Notes under the pieces: generated by a model
Databases searched by the model: none
What the model was told of the DNA's origin: nothing
Seen by the model: only the letters and a program-made list of their open reading frames with translations
Assembly: GCF_037042905.1 (NCBI RefSeq)
Contig: NC_087251.1
Coordinates: 41,292,001 to 41,356,000, forward strand
DNA length: 64,000 bases
Origin: Lytechinus pictus
Taxonomy: Eukaryota
Reading direction: 5' to 3'
Part shown: piece by piece, positions 39,601 to 51,600 of the stretch
Layout: every line of letters begins with the position of its first letter
How positions within the stretch are numbered: the first letter of the stretch is position 1
Position numbers and translations under genes: made by a program

Positions 39601-42600
39601 GTGTGATTGAGGCTGAGCTGTGTACATCGTAAAGTGATCTACGATGGGACTTTTGTGGAATGATCTCAACTTCTAGATCTATTTGAATTTTAGATTAGAT
39701 TGATTTATGAATAATTTTTTTATATTTGTGGAATGTTACATATGTACTTCCATTTTATGACACTTTAATTTTAAATGGTACTGTTTGGCAAAAACAATGT
39801 TACTTGGGAAGAGAAGTCTGAATTGATGTGAACTTTTTTTTTATTTCTCTTAGTCTACAATTTGGTAGTTTGTCAGGAAACTCAACACAAAACAATGCAT
39901 TATTTTAAAAGTGGAAAGGTAGCCCCAGAAAAACGGAGCCCTAAAAATGTTCACCAGAACTGATTTTGGTGCCCCTGAAAGAATTTTTTCTCGACAGATC
40001 TTTACTCTGATAAGGAAGTGCCGGAGTAGGTTGCACTACAAAATTAAAGTCCTACTTGTCTTTTTGAAAAATTTGCCTTGGTGCCCTTTTGACTAGAATA
40101 AAAGTGGCCTTCATGCCCTTAAGCATGGCGTTGATGCCCCTTGAAATTTTGGGGCATCCAAGGCCACTTTGCCGGTTACCCCAAGCTGAAAGTGCCCTTT
40201 TAAAAATGGCCTTTCCCCTCTCAATTCTTAATTCGAGCCCTGCTACTGACTTAATTTAAGTTGGTAGATTTTGTCAAAACAGGCCCAAGACTAAGGGTCC
40301 AATTTGTAACACTAGGTTACTTAGCCCAGACTAGGCCTAGAGATTATTATTTTTTATTGTTCACTGCATACATACTTTTTGCATTGGATATTTGTCGCGT
40401 GTGGTTTTAAGGTTCGTTTTAACATATTCCTTTTTTTTGTTGGAAATTCCTTTTTTTGGCCAGAATGATTCCCTTTTTTGCTTGCACAAGGTTGGCAGCT
40501 CTGGGTATGCAGTATTTATGCTATAAAACTTATTTTTAGTTTGGTTAACTCCCTCAAAATGTCACTATTCCAACTCAGGAATACAAGCAAATTCAGTTCC
40601 AAATCGAAGTCAACGCAGTCTTGTCATCAGCTATGATTTGAAATTTTACTCAAGGCTTGTAGCAAAGCAGAATTTTGATTTTAGTATTCCTGATAATACT
40701 TTCAATAAGATGATCTTACTTGTTTGAATTTTCAATATCAAATATGTTTTTTTTTAAATGGATTGTTTAGTCTGCGGCCAGCTTTAGGGATGAAGGAGTT
40801 TAGATAAATAGAAGGAAGTTATCAACTCTTTCATTTTTATGTTTCTTAGGGCTAAGATTTTTCTCCCTCCAAAATTGTGATTGTGTAATGAAACTTCGTT
40901 TTAAAAAAAAAGAAGAAAGACTTAAAGGGGTACTCCAGGCTGAAAATAATATGATTTGAACAGATTAAGAAAAATCAGACAAACAAATCACAAAGTTACG
41001 GCATTTAAAATATTTGCATTATTTCGATGAAACAGTTCAAGGCGTATCTGCATGAATATTTAATGAGCAAATTGATGATGATATGTCCCCTCTTATTCTT
41101 TAGTATTTTATTATATGAAATTAGGTTAATTCAAATTTTTTCCTTCAAGAACCAACAAATTTGAATGACAACTGATTTTAGTGCATTAGATATTTATTGT
41201 TGCAACTTATTTCATGACAAGGAAGACATATCATTCACACATGTATAAAAAATGAAACAATTATGATTTCATGTAATGACATAAGAAAAAGTAAAGTGGT
41301 GATGTGACATCATTAGCCCACCTAATGTATATTCATGACAACGTGCTTATAACTGTTTTCACAATATATTGCTAAACTTAAAAATTCAATAACTGCTATT
41401 TGTTTAAGATTTTTATGCAATTTTTACACTCTATTTATCTATTGACACTATTTATTTACATATAAATATTTTCAGCCTGTTGTACCCCTTTAATGAAATT
41501 GAGTTTGGTTAAATATGAGTTTTGAAGAACAAAAGAAAGATTTTGTGTTATCGTATCACATATCCCATATAGAAATTCGAACATTGCTTTTTGAGAAGAT
41601 TAAAGTGTCTTGTAACTACCTTTGTAACTTAAATTATTGTAGTTTTGATTATCCTTTGTTGCACTTGGGATAGAATTCAGCAGTTCTTGCAGGTTCTCAT
41701 GGTAATCCATGATTCCATAACATGATCGGAGAGGGAGGATTTGTGTTACACAAAAACAGTTAGTAGACCAAAAGATATTGCTTTTGACTATGATCGCTAT
41801 TTCATGCATTATACATCATGCAATTTAATTGGTCTTTTTTCATAGGGGTATCACTTAAATTGAGATTTTATACCTAATCTACAAGATTTCCCTTCCTCAT
41901 GAATTACCCATAATCCATTTGTCACTCTGCGCAGAATCATGCGCATGCATACTGCCGCCCAATTATGACATCAATTCTGAGTTTTGTTTTTTTTCTCTTT
42001 CTCTCATTCTTTTTTATTCCTTCTTGTCTATCCCCCACGTCTGTCTCTCTCCCTCTCTCACCCTCTCTATCTCTCTCTCTTCTTCTCTTTCGCTCTCTCA
42101 CCACTCCCTTTTACTCTTTATTCTCTCCCATTTAGCACTTAGTAAAAGAAATGCATCGGAGTTACACAATGACATCAATCTTGACGTGGATCTTATCATC
42201 AGATGTTTTGAGTCCTGTCGCAATGCTGCCCTCTATAGCCAGTATGGTGACATCACTTCTAAGTATAGAAGCATCAACCTCGGCCAGATTAAAAGAACTT
42301 GCTAGTCTGGATGATAAGAGAGGTGAATGATCAGTGGGATTCTTTTTATTAAAACCAAAAAAAGTGGCATTAATAAATCAAAAGCTTTCACACCACAATT
42401 TTCACTGCTTGCCAGCTGAGTATTTTGCTTTAAATTATAGAAATTCAATCAATATATCAATGAATAATAGGTTTATTGAGCTTTTAACAGGCCTGAATTA
42501 TCAAGCTGAATTACCACTTTTCACTTTAGATGCTTCTTGAAAGCAGCAAAATGAGAAAGATAGAATGTTCAAATCAAACTGAAAGGAAAGTAATTCATTT

Positions 42601-45600
42601 GTATTGCATTTGTATGGAGTGTTGTGGCCCAGTGGATTAGTCTTCTAACTTCGAAACAGGGTTGTGGGTTCGAATCCCAGCCATGGCGTAATTTCCTTCA
42701 GCAAGAAATGTATCCACATTGTGCTGCACTCAACCCAGGTGAGGTGAATGGGTACCCGGCAGGATTAATTCCTCGAATGCATGAGCGCTGAAAGGCAGCT
42801 CGAGCTAAAGCCAAGGTAATTATAATAACAATGCACCTCGGAATAGAATATTTCTAGATAGATGGCGTTACATAAGTGCCTACGATCATTATTTGCATAA
42901 GTAATTTATGAATAGGTTTTCAATGACCCATGCTTTAAGGAACTTTCTAATTAAAAAAAGGTATTACTATTCAAATGGGTTTAGACTCTAAACATTTTGA
43001 GGAATCGTCCAGAAAGAAATTTCTTTTTTTTTCTTGTAGGATTTGATGGCGCTAACAGAGGTCGCTTGCAGTCAGATGTTATCAGGAGTAAATGGGAAGC
43101 CTTCTTAGCTATTATCCAGCAGCAAGACAGATATAGGGACAACAGATTAAACCAAGGAGATGACACTGTTTGTTGGGATTCGGTGTTATCAGCTTGTCTA
43201 TCTGATATGAGTCTGGTTGTCACACTGCACAGCTTGCCATTGTTACGATGTGCTGCCTTGCTCATCGATAAGGTACTTCAAGGTGTATTATTATGCGTCA
43301 TTGTTTTATTAAAGCGGTACTCCAGTCTGAAGAAAATATGCAGAGCTGCCAAGTAGTCCGTATTTAGTACTGAAAAATGAGAAGAATACAGATGGTCTCA
43401 TGCTAAATACTGATTTCTAAAGTTTCAGTTTTTATGTGTTGTCCTATGGTATTTCTTTGAAAATACTTATTTCCTCACCAAAAATACTCATATTTAGCTT
43501 TAAAAATACTGAAATATTCTTGTTCAGGTTGGCAGCTCTGAATATGTTTTGAACAGGTAAAGAAAAATCAGACAACCACAACACTGAATATTTGATCAAA
43601 ATCAGACAAGGAATAACGATAACGAAAACACGACAGACTTGCATTATTTCTGTGATACAGTTCTATGCATGTCTGCATGAATATTCAAGGCAAATTGATG
43701 ATGTCATATCTCTACTTGTTCTTTTGTATTTTATAACATGAAATCATGTTTATTCAAATTTTGTCCTCCTATATATGAATTGGATTGAAAACTGATTTCA
43801 TGTATAAGATATTCATTGCTGCAACTTATTTTATATTAAACAGAGGACATATACACACATGTATGAAAATATGCAATAATTATGATTTCATGTAATAATA
43901 TAAGAAAAAGGGAAAATGGGGATGTGACATCATCAGCCCAATTAATGAATATGCATATGGATGTGCATATAATTGTTTTGAAAGAATATTGCTCTAATTT
44001 AAAGTTTAATAACTTCACTATTTTTGATAATATACATTATTAATTTATTATTAGCAAAGGTCTAAAATTGAGAAATTTCCACAATTTGTTTGAATCAAAT
44101 ATGAAAACCATTGAAAGTAGGGCACAATTTGATTGAAATAAAAATGTGAATGAAATTGAGATGAATAAATTCTCGTCTTGTTTATTTGTGTGTAAAGCTA
44201 GGTGATGAGAACATTCCATTGTGTTTGGAGGGTATGTCAGCATCGTGGTGTGCTTTGAAAGATGGTTGGAGATCTAATCTAAACTTCTGGGGTCTCTTTG
44301 AAGCATTCATTGCTGTGGTGTACCAGCCCGTATTATTACAGCATGGAGAAGGTACTGAGGTCTATGAAGTTATTCGAAAGGTAATATTTCCCCCTTTTTT
44401 TATATGTTGAATAATACCATTGCAATGAATGAATTTAGTGTTAGTTCAGAACATCAATCATGCTAAAAAAAAATTTGGGGGGGGGGGGGATCGTGAAGAG
44501 CCCGGTAGTATAAAGCTTTGCAATTGATTATGAGGTTGATTTTTATGATTGATCGTAAACTATGAATGCAAGCAATCAAAGCCTGGCAATCAATCACTAG
44601 ACTTTATGTTACAGGGTGCAGAGGATGACCTGTGGATCATTATTATTCAGTTTACCGGGTTTTTTTCCAGTGCTCTTGCATCTTTATCAACTCTGATTGA
44701 ATTCCTGTCGGCATCATGAATATTCCTGTCATTTCCTCAAATTGCTCAGACTTATGTGTTTTTTATTTTGGCGTTGCAATCACTTGCAAATGTAGAATTG
44801 AAGTAGTATGAGAATGTTAGGCAAAGTCCAAATTTTGTTTTAGTGTTTTTACCCCAGTTTAGTTGAAATTTTTCAGAAATGAAACATCTGACATCGAAAG
44901 TTGGAAAAGTTTTATATTGATTGTAGCACTGACAAATGTATATTTAAGGAATGTTGAGCTGTACTTGAGGTACATGTCCTTTTCATCTACAAACAATTCG
45001 TCTACTAAACATTTGGTCTAATTTTCACCTGGTGTAATTTCTAATTTACCATTTTGTCTAATTTGTAGTATCCCCTTGGTCTTACATCACTTAGTCTATA
45101 AAAAGATTAACTGTTATAAACAAAATGTAAAATATTTAGTAGACAAAGAAAACATTTGAACATTTTTTAGACTAATTAGAGTTAGACCAAGTAACGATTG
45201 TACCACAAAGTGGAACTTAAGCCATTTGAACATTAGACTAATTAGAGTTAGACCAAGTAACGATTGTACCACAAAGTGGAACGTAAGCCATTTGAACATT
45301 AGACTAATTAGAGTTAGACCAAGTAACGATTGTACCACAAAGTGGAACGTTAGCCATTTGAACATTAGACTAATTAGAGTTAGACCAAGTAACGATTGGA
45401 CCACAAAGTGGAACTTTAGCCATTTGAACATTAGACTAATTAGAGTTAGACCAAGTAACGATTGTACCACAAAGTGGAACGTAAGCCATTTGAACATTAG
45501 ACTAATTAGAGTTAGACCAAATAACGATTGGACCACAAAGTGGAACTTAAGCCATTTGAACATTAGACTAATTAGAGTTAGACCAAGTAACGATTGTACC

Positions 45601-48600
45601 ACAAAGTGGAACGTAAGCCATTTGAACATTAGACTAATTAGAGTTAGACCAAGTAACGATTGGACCACAAAGTGGAACTTAAGCCATTTGAACATTAGAC
45701 TAATTAGAGTTAGACCAAGTAACGATTGTACCACAAAGTGGAACGTAAACCATTTGAACATTAGACTAATTAGAGTTAGACCAAGTAACGATTGGACCAC
45801 AAAGTGGAACTTAAGCCATTTGAACATTAGACTAATTAGAGTTAGACCAAGTAACGATTGTACCACAAAGAGTAACATAAGCAATTTGAACATTAGACTA
45901 ATAAGAATTAGACCAAGTAACGATTGGACCACAAAGTGGAACTTAAACCATTTGAACATTAGAGTAATTAGAGTTAGACCAAGTAACGATTGGACCACAA
46001 AGTGGAACTTAAACCATTTGAACTTTAGACTAATTATAATTAGACCAAGTAACGATTGTACCACACAGTAAATAGAACGAGTTAATCATAGTCCAAGTTG
46101 ATTAAGTCATTATGTTGTTAGATGATCTCAGAATTAGACCATCCGTTTGAAGATCGATGGGATGCAAGACTTTATTGGTGATATTGGTTTCATATTATCA
46201 TCTTTTCTCACCAGTACACAGAAGAGATCATATCTCAGGGAGAGAGTAGATATGGAATGATGAATACCTTGATGTCTCATCTAGACAATGTCTTATCTCA
46301 TCACTTCTTTCTCAAACCCATTGAAAAGCATCGCTGTGATGCTATGAGGGTCATCAGAAATCTAACAGGGATCCTACAAGAGGCTGCCCTCTATGGTCCA
46401 ACTCTTACCAGATCAGCCAGGTAAAACATAGATATTTGGTGGGAAAAAGATTATTATAAATTATTGTGAGTAAATTTGGTCTCAAAAGATGCGCAAGACT
46501 TGAAAGTAAAAAGTCAGCGAGCGGCGCGGTCAACAAATTTTGCTCATTAGCGTAGCGGGGAAATTTGTCAAGGGGGGGGGGGCCAAATTGACCCCCCCCA
46601 GTTTATAATAAGGGTTAAATACTACTAAATACTTCCTTTGAATTGTACTTGAGCACTGTGGTCCAGTGGATTAGTCTCCAGATTTTTATTTTAGTAGGTC
46701 ATGGGTTCAAATCCTACTCATGGCGTAATTTCCTTCAGCCGAACATGATCCAGATTGTGCGTCACTCAACCCAGGTAAAGTAAGTGGGTACCTGGCAGGA
46801 ATTTATTCCTTGAAATGCTGTAAAAGTACATTGAATTTTTGTCTATGTTTTACCAACATTATGTCAATTTATAGCTAATTTAGTCGGCCTACTGATTATT
46901 AGTATAACGGACTATCACCGATTATTTTCAAAATTTCTTTTTAATTCACACAGTGTACTATAAACTGTACATGTATCTCTTTTAAAATGGAATGTTTGGA
47001 AGGTCCTTGTAATTCAACATTGTTGCAATGGTATATTTCTTCAAGAAAAAAAAATCATTTTTGACAGATTATCTGAATAATATACATCGAGTTAGAAGTA
47101 AATTCAAAAGTTTATACATAATAGTATTTGCAGGGAAATTATTTTTTTGAATACTATTTACTTTAAAAATCTATTTTTTTTGTTGCGCAGAAGCAACAAT
47201 AATAAAAGAAATGTTGTAAGCGGAAAGATAATCTAAAGGTTTGATAATTGTTTGATTTTTTTTAATCCATTACCAACCCAGATTAGGGTGGTATTATTGT
47301 TATTATCTTATTTGAACAGACGCCCTTCAACAGTGGCACTCACAGAGTGTATGATGTGTTCAAAGCGAAAAAAACAATACAACATGCAATAAAAACAACA
47401 TAAAAGGGCAGTATAAAACTATTAGATTATTTATATATTAAATTAAATTATATGTATATTAAAATAAACATTTATGGTATTAGCAAATACAATGAGACAC
47501 ATGCCCCAAGTACACTCCACATTTCAAGGATCCTAAACAAACCCGTATAGACAGCATATAGCGGTCAGCCAAATGTCATATTCATTTTCGAAACCATAGG
47601 AGCACTTTTTAGATCCCAAAGGTCAAAGGATTCAAACTCGGAAGCCCCAAAACTCCATATTTAAATCCACAAGATCTAAATCCGAATCCAGCATCTGCCC
47701 GGCTACCACACACAGCTGGCCCAGGTCCATTTCAGATCCCAGTGCCAAGAGTACATATAACATCTTTTTTATACCAGGCTGACTTTAAAACAGATTTACA
47801 ATAAAAATCAAAGATTTCTGAAAAAAGGACAACATCACAATTTTCATCGATGTGGGCAAACACAATGCACCACTCTAGTCTGCTGTGCAAACCCTTCACT
47901 CGAGTCAAGGGTCTGAATGTGCAACCCACTCATGCCTTGTGTACTGAAGGCTCTCTCTCGCTCAGGTATTGCTGTATCGCTGTATTGGAACAGCAAGTTT
48001 TGTATGTGCTAGTCTTTGCGTGGAGACACACTTGTTGATCAAAGTTCCAATCAGGGTCTGTGCCTCTCTGTATTTTTCTCCATGCTCCAACAAAAGATGC
48101 GATCTGGAGGAATGTGATGCATGGAAACTGAATGGATGACATCCCACCTAGTACGTGAGGTGGGTGCCTCCCGAGTACCTTGGTGGGGAATATTGAAATG
48201 ATCTTGGTTCTTCTTTTAAATTTCATGTTTCAAGCTTATTTTATTGATTGTATATCCAAACATAAAGGATTACAATCAAAGGAAATTAAACATTTTTACA
48301 AATGATAAAAAAAATATATACATTGAGTTCTTTCGCATAAGAGTAGTGCTCGGTTCACCACCTTATTTTTGCTGATTACTTGATCTTTGATAAAAAGACA
48401 TCAAATGCTTTCCTCAGGGTTGTGGTCTCATTGATTTCATCATGGCTTTGGGCTTCTCTGCGTTTATGCTTCAGGTAGACTACTTTGACTGTGTGATGGC
48501 AGGACTTGTGGAAATGAGCGTCTTTAGCGAACAAATCCTTACCCTGCAACTTCCAAAGTATGCTCTCATTTCCCGTTTCCAATGTACGAGACTTGATCTT

Positions 48601-51600
48601 CTGCCATAAAGGCTTCATAGCATGCACCATGGGAATCCCAAAAGACAGCAAATGCAATGCACCTCTTTGTCTTTCTTAAAACCTTTTCCTCCACATTGCC
48701 ATAAAAATTCCAATTTGATTTACCTGCAATAGATGATAGTCTTGGGACCAGATGAGGTTTTCTCTTGTAGTGCTTGTAGCACAGTTTCCATATTCTCTTA
48801 ATATGACGTTGACAGGGTATTCTGTACCTCGGTACCTGCCAATAGTCTACAGCACTCTTTTAGTAACAAGGGAAAGTCTTTCGAAGATGATGATATAGTC
48901 AAACTGAACCTTTGACATTCCACCTATGTAGGTGCTTCCCGGGTACCTAAGTGGGCAGAGTTGAAACATTCTTGGTTCGTCATGAAACTTTGTTAACACC
49001 CTCCATGGTACCCTTGATTTTTTTCCTCCAAATCAAAGCCACACGGCACTCTGGAATCCTCATGTAAATTTCCTCTATGCGATAGGATGTACCAGACAGA
49101 TCATCCACTTATCCCTGATTCTTTGAAGTTGATCAAACTTCTTATTCTCCTTGTGTTCTAACTCTAAACATGCAACATTTCAGTTGCTTTGTTGGCGATG
49201 TTGCCTCATAGCAAGTGCCACTCTTTCACTTTGACCTAGGCATGATGTACAACCGATATCTTACATGACCGATGCTCAACACCGGTCATTAAACATAAGA
49301 CAACATTTTCCATTAAACTATGTTATTGGAACATGGAAGGCCACATTTGCTAATCAAATCTCTCAGGACCACACTCAAGTGGGTCGACTTACACTTATTA
49401 CCAATATGTCTATTCTTTCTCTTCCTGTCTACAGGCTTTTAGAAGATGTAACGGCTTACTTCATCAGACATGAGGAACTTGAAGCATTAAGACCAATACT
49501 ACAAAGCAACAGGTATATTTTTCTCGAGTTCAATGATTATCAAAGTGTTTGGTATCCTCGTCATTTTCCTATCTTTTTCTAATCTTTAGTTAGGCTGATA
49601 CTCACTTAGTCTTGTTCTTGTGCCAAATTGGTCTAATTTCAACTTTGTCTACTTGTTAATTTTCATTCTGTAATATTAAATTTGGTTCATAAACCCCTCA
49701 TTTTACAATATAGACTAAGTGGTGTTGGATCAAGTGGATATTAGATGAAATTGATTTAGCCTAACTGAAAATTAGAAAATGATGGGGAATGAACTTGATG
49801 ACGAGGAGACCGAACAGTTCTTCTTTTGGTCCAACACCACTTAGTTTATATTGTAAAATGAGGGGTTTATGAAGCAAATTTTAATTTTACAGAATGAAAA
49901 TTAACAAGTAGACAAAGTTGAAATTAGACCAATTTGGCACAAGAATAAGACTAAGTGAGTATTAGTGTGGTGTAGACAATATTATATAAATAGTGTACAA
50001 TCTATTGTACAATGTACTGGATTATATGTACAACATAAAGTCCAGTAATATTGTGTGATAGAACATTCACTATTTATTGTAGTAAATTGTACAACGCCTA
50101 CTTAGCTAGTACGTGAGCAAGTGGGAGGCTGAATGTCAAACATTCGTACCGTTGCACACGTACCATCCAAAATGTACCATCCAAAATGTACCTTGCACGG
50201 GTCAGGAAAAGGTGACGTCACTATAAAAATTAACATCCAACGCATTGCATGTGCTTAGTAAATGCAGACGCGCAGGGCTTACTGGCTACATGCGCATTGC
50301 CATTAATCGATATTCTCCCCATTCATTAAACACAGGTTTTACCCTAAAAAATCAAGTTATATTGTACATATGTACAATATAACTTTTTTGAAGGGAGGTC
50401 ATGTGGTACCAATCTAGCCAATCACAGCTCCTATTTTACTACCATTATTTACTGTATGTTATTAGACTATCAGAATATTAGACGAATTACTTGTAGACAA
50501 AGAAGATGTAAACTAGAAAATCTCTTTGGGTGGAGAGCTGAAGGGGAATTAATCTGTGTGTTTGTGAATGGTGTACAATAGTAGTGGATTGATATGAAAC
50601 TATTCTTGTCAGTGATTTTCACTGACACCTGTTATGAGCTACTGGAAATCTCGACATCTGATTGGCAGAAATTAAATTAGTCAGTGAATGTAACTGACAA
50701 AACTCTTTATGAAACACGTCCCTGATGCTTCAAGATGGCTAATGGATAGATCTCAAAGAAGCAGGGCCTACTAGTCAGTAGGGAAATCAGAACGGATGCC
50801 TGTCATAGCAGCACATCAGGAAGCAGGGTTCCATTTCATAATAGTTATTGATGGCAATTTTAAAATTGATGATATTAGCTCTTGCAGTTCTGTAGTTTGA
50901 TTGGCCAAAGTGAAATTTGTTAATAATGTGTTATTTAATGATAGATTTGATGAAATGGGACAGTGACCTTTTATCACCAAGATCTACAAATATTTTATTT
51001 TGGGTTTAAATTCATAAAAAGATATTGAATTGTAATGAAATGATTGTGGTTTATTTATTCATTTGTTTTTAGTTTAATGTAATAGCAAATCTAACATCAA
51101 ATCACATTTAAAACAAAACATTGTGTAGCTTATATTTACTCTGGTGTTAGGTCTTGTCTTTTTGAAAAGCGCTCAAATTAATATGATATAAAGCATTCTC
51201 TGTGTATTTATTCATAGCAATGCGGTCAACATCCGTCTGCCCCGGGTCATTGTGATAAGTATCTTAATGAAAATAGGAACCAGCAACTTTCCAGGGAAAG
51301 AAGATTTCTTTGAAGATTTTATCAACATACTACTAGACAAGGTAAAATAGTCTGATTGTTTTTCCAATGTTATGATTTCATTTTTCTTCTAAAACTGTTT
51401 ATATCAACGCGTGAAGTGAAGTATGGTTTTGTGATGGGGTGTCCATATTTCATGCACATTTCAAAAATAGTTTCAGTTGATATTCCATCACAATTCTTCA
51501 TACGTTAAAAATATCAGTTGAAATCATTACTACCAAACATAATCTAGGCTCTAAATCTTAGATCAGCAAGTGTGCACTGTGCTCGAAAGGGTCATTAAAA

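Noticed and set aside
41919-42305. 128-aa ORF as the exon-12 reading frame
   Set aside because: It stops before the donor and has the wrong phase; the frame starting at 42136 fits both neighbouring exons
45114-46071. 316-aa and 281-aa repetitive ORFs, and a CRISPR-like appearance
   Set aside because: Contiguous 66-bp tandem units with no unique spacers, no cas genes, eukaryotic intron; the open frames arise from unit length
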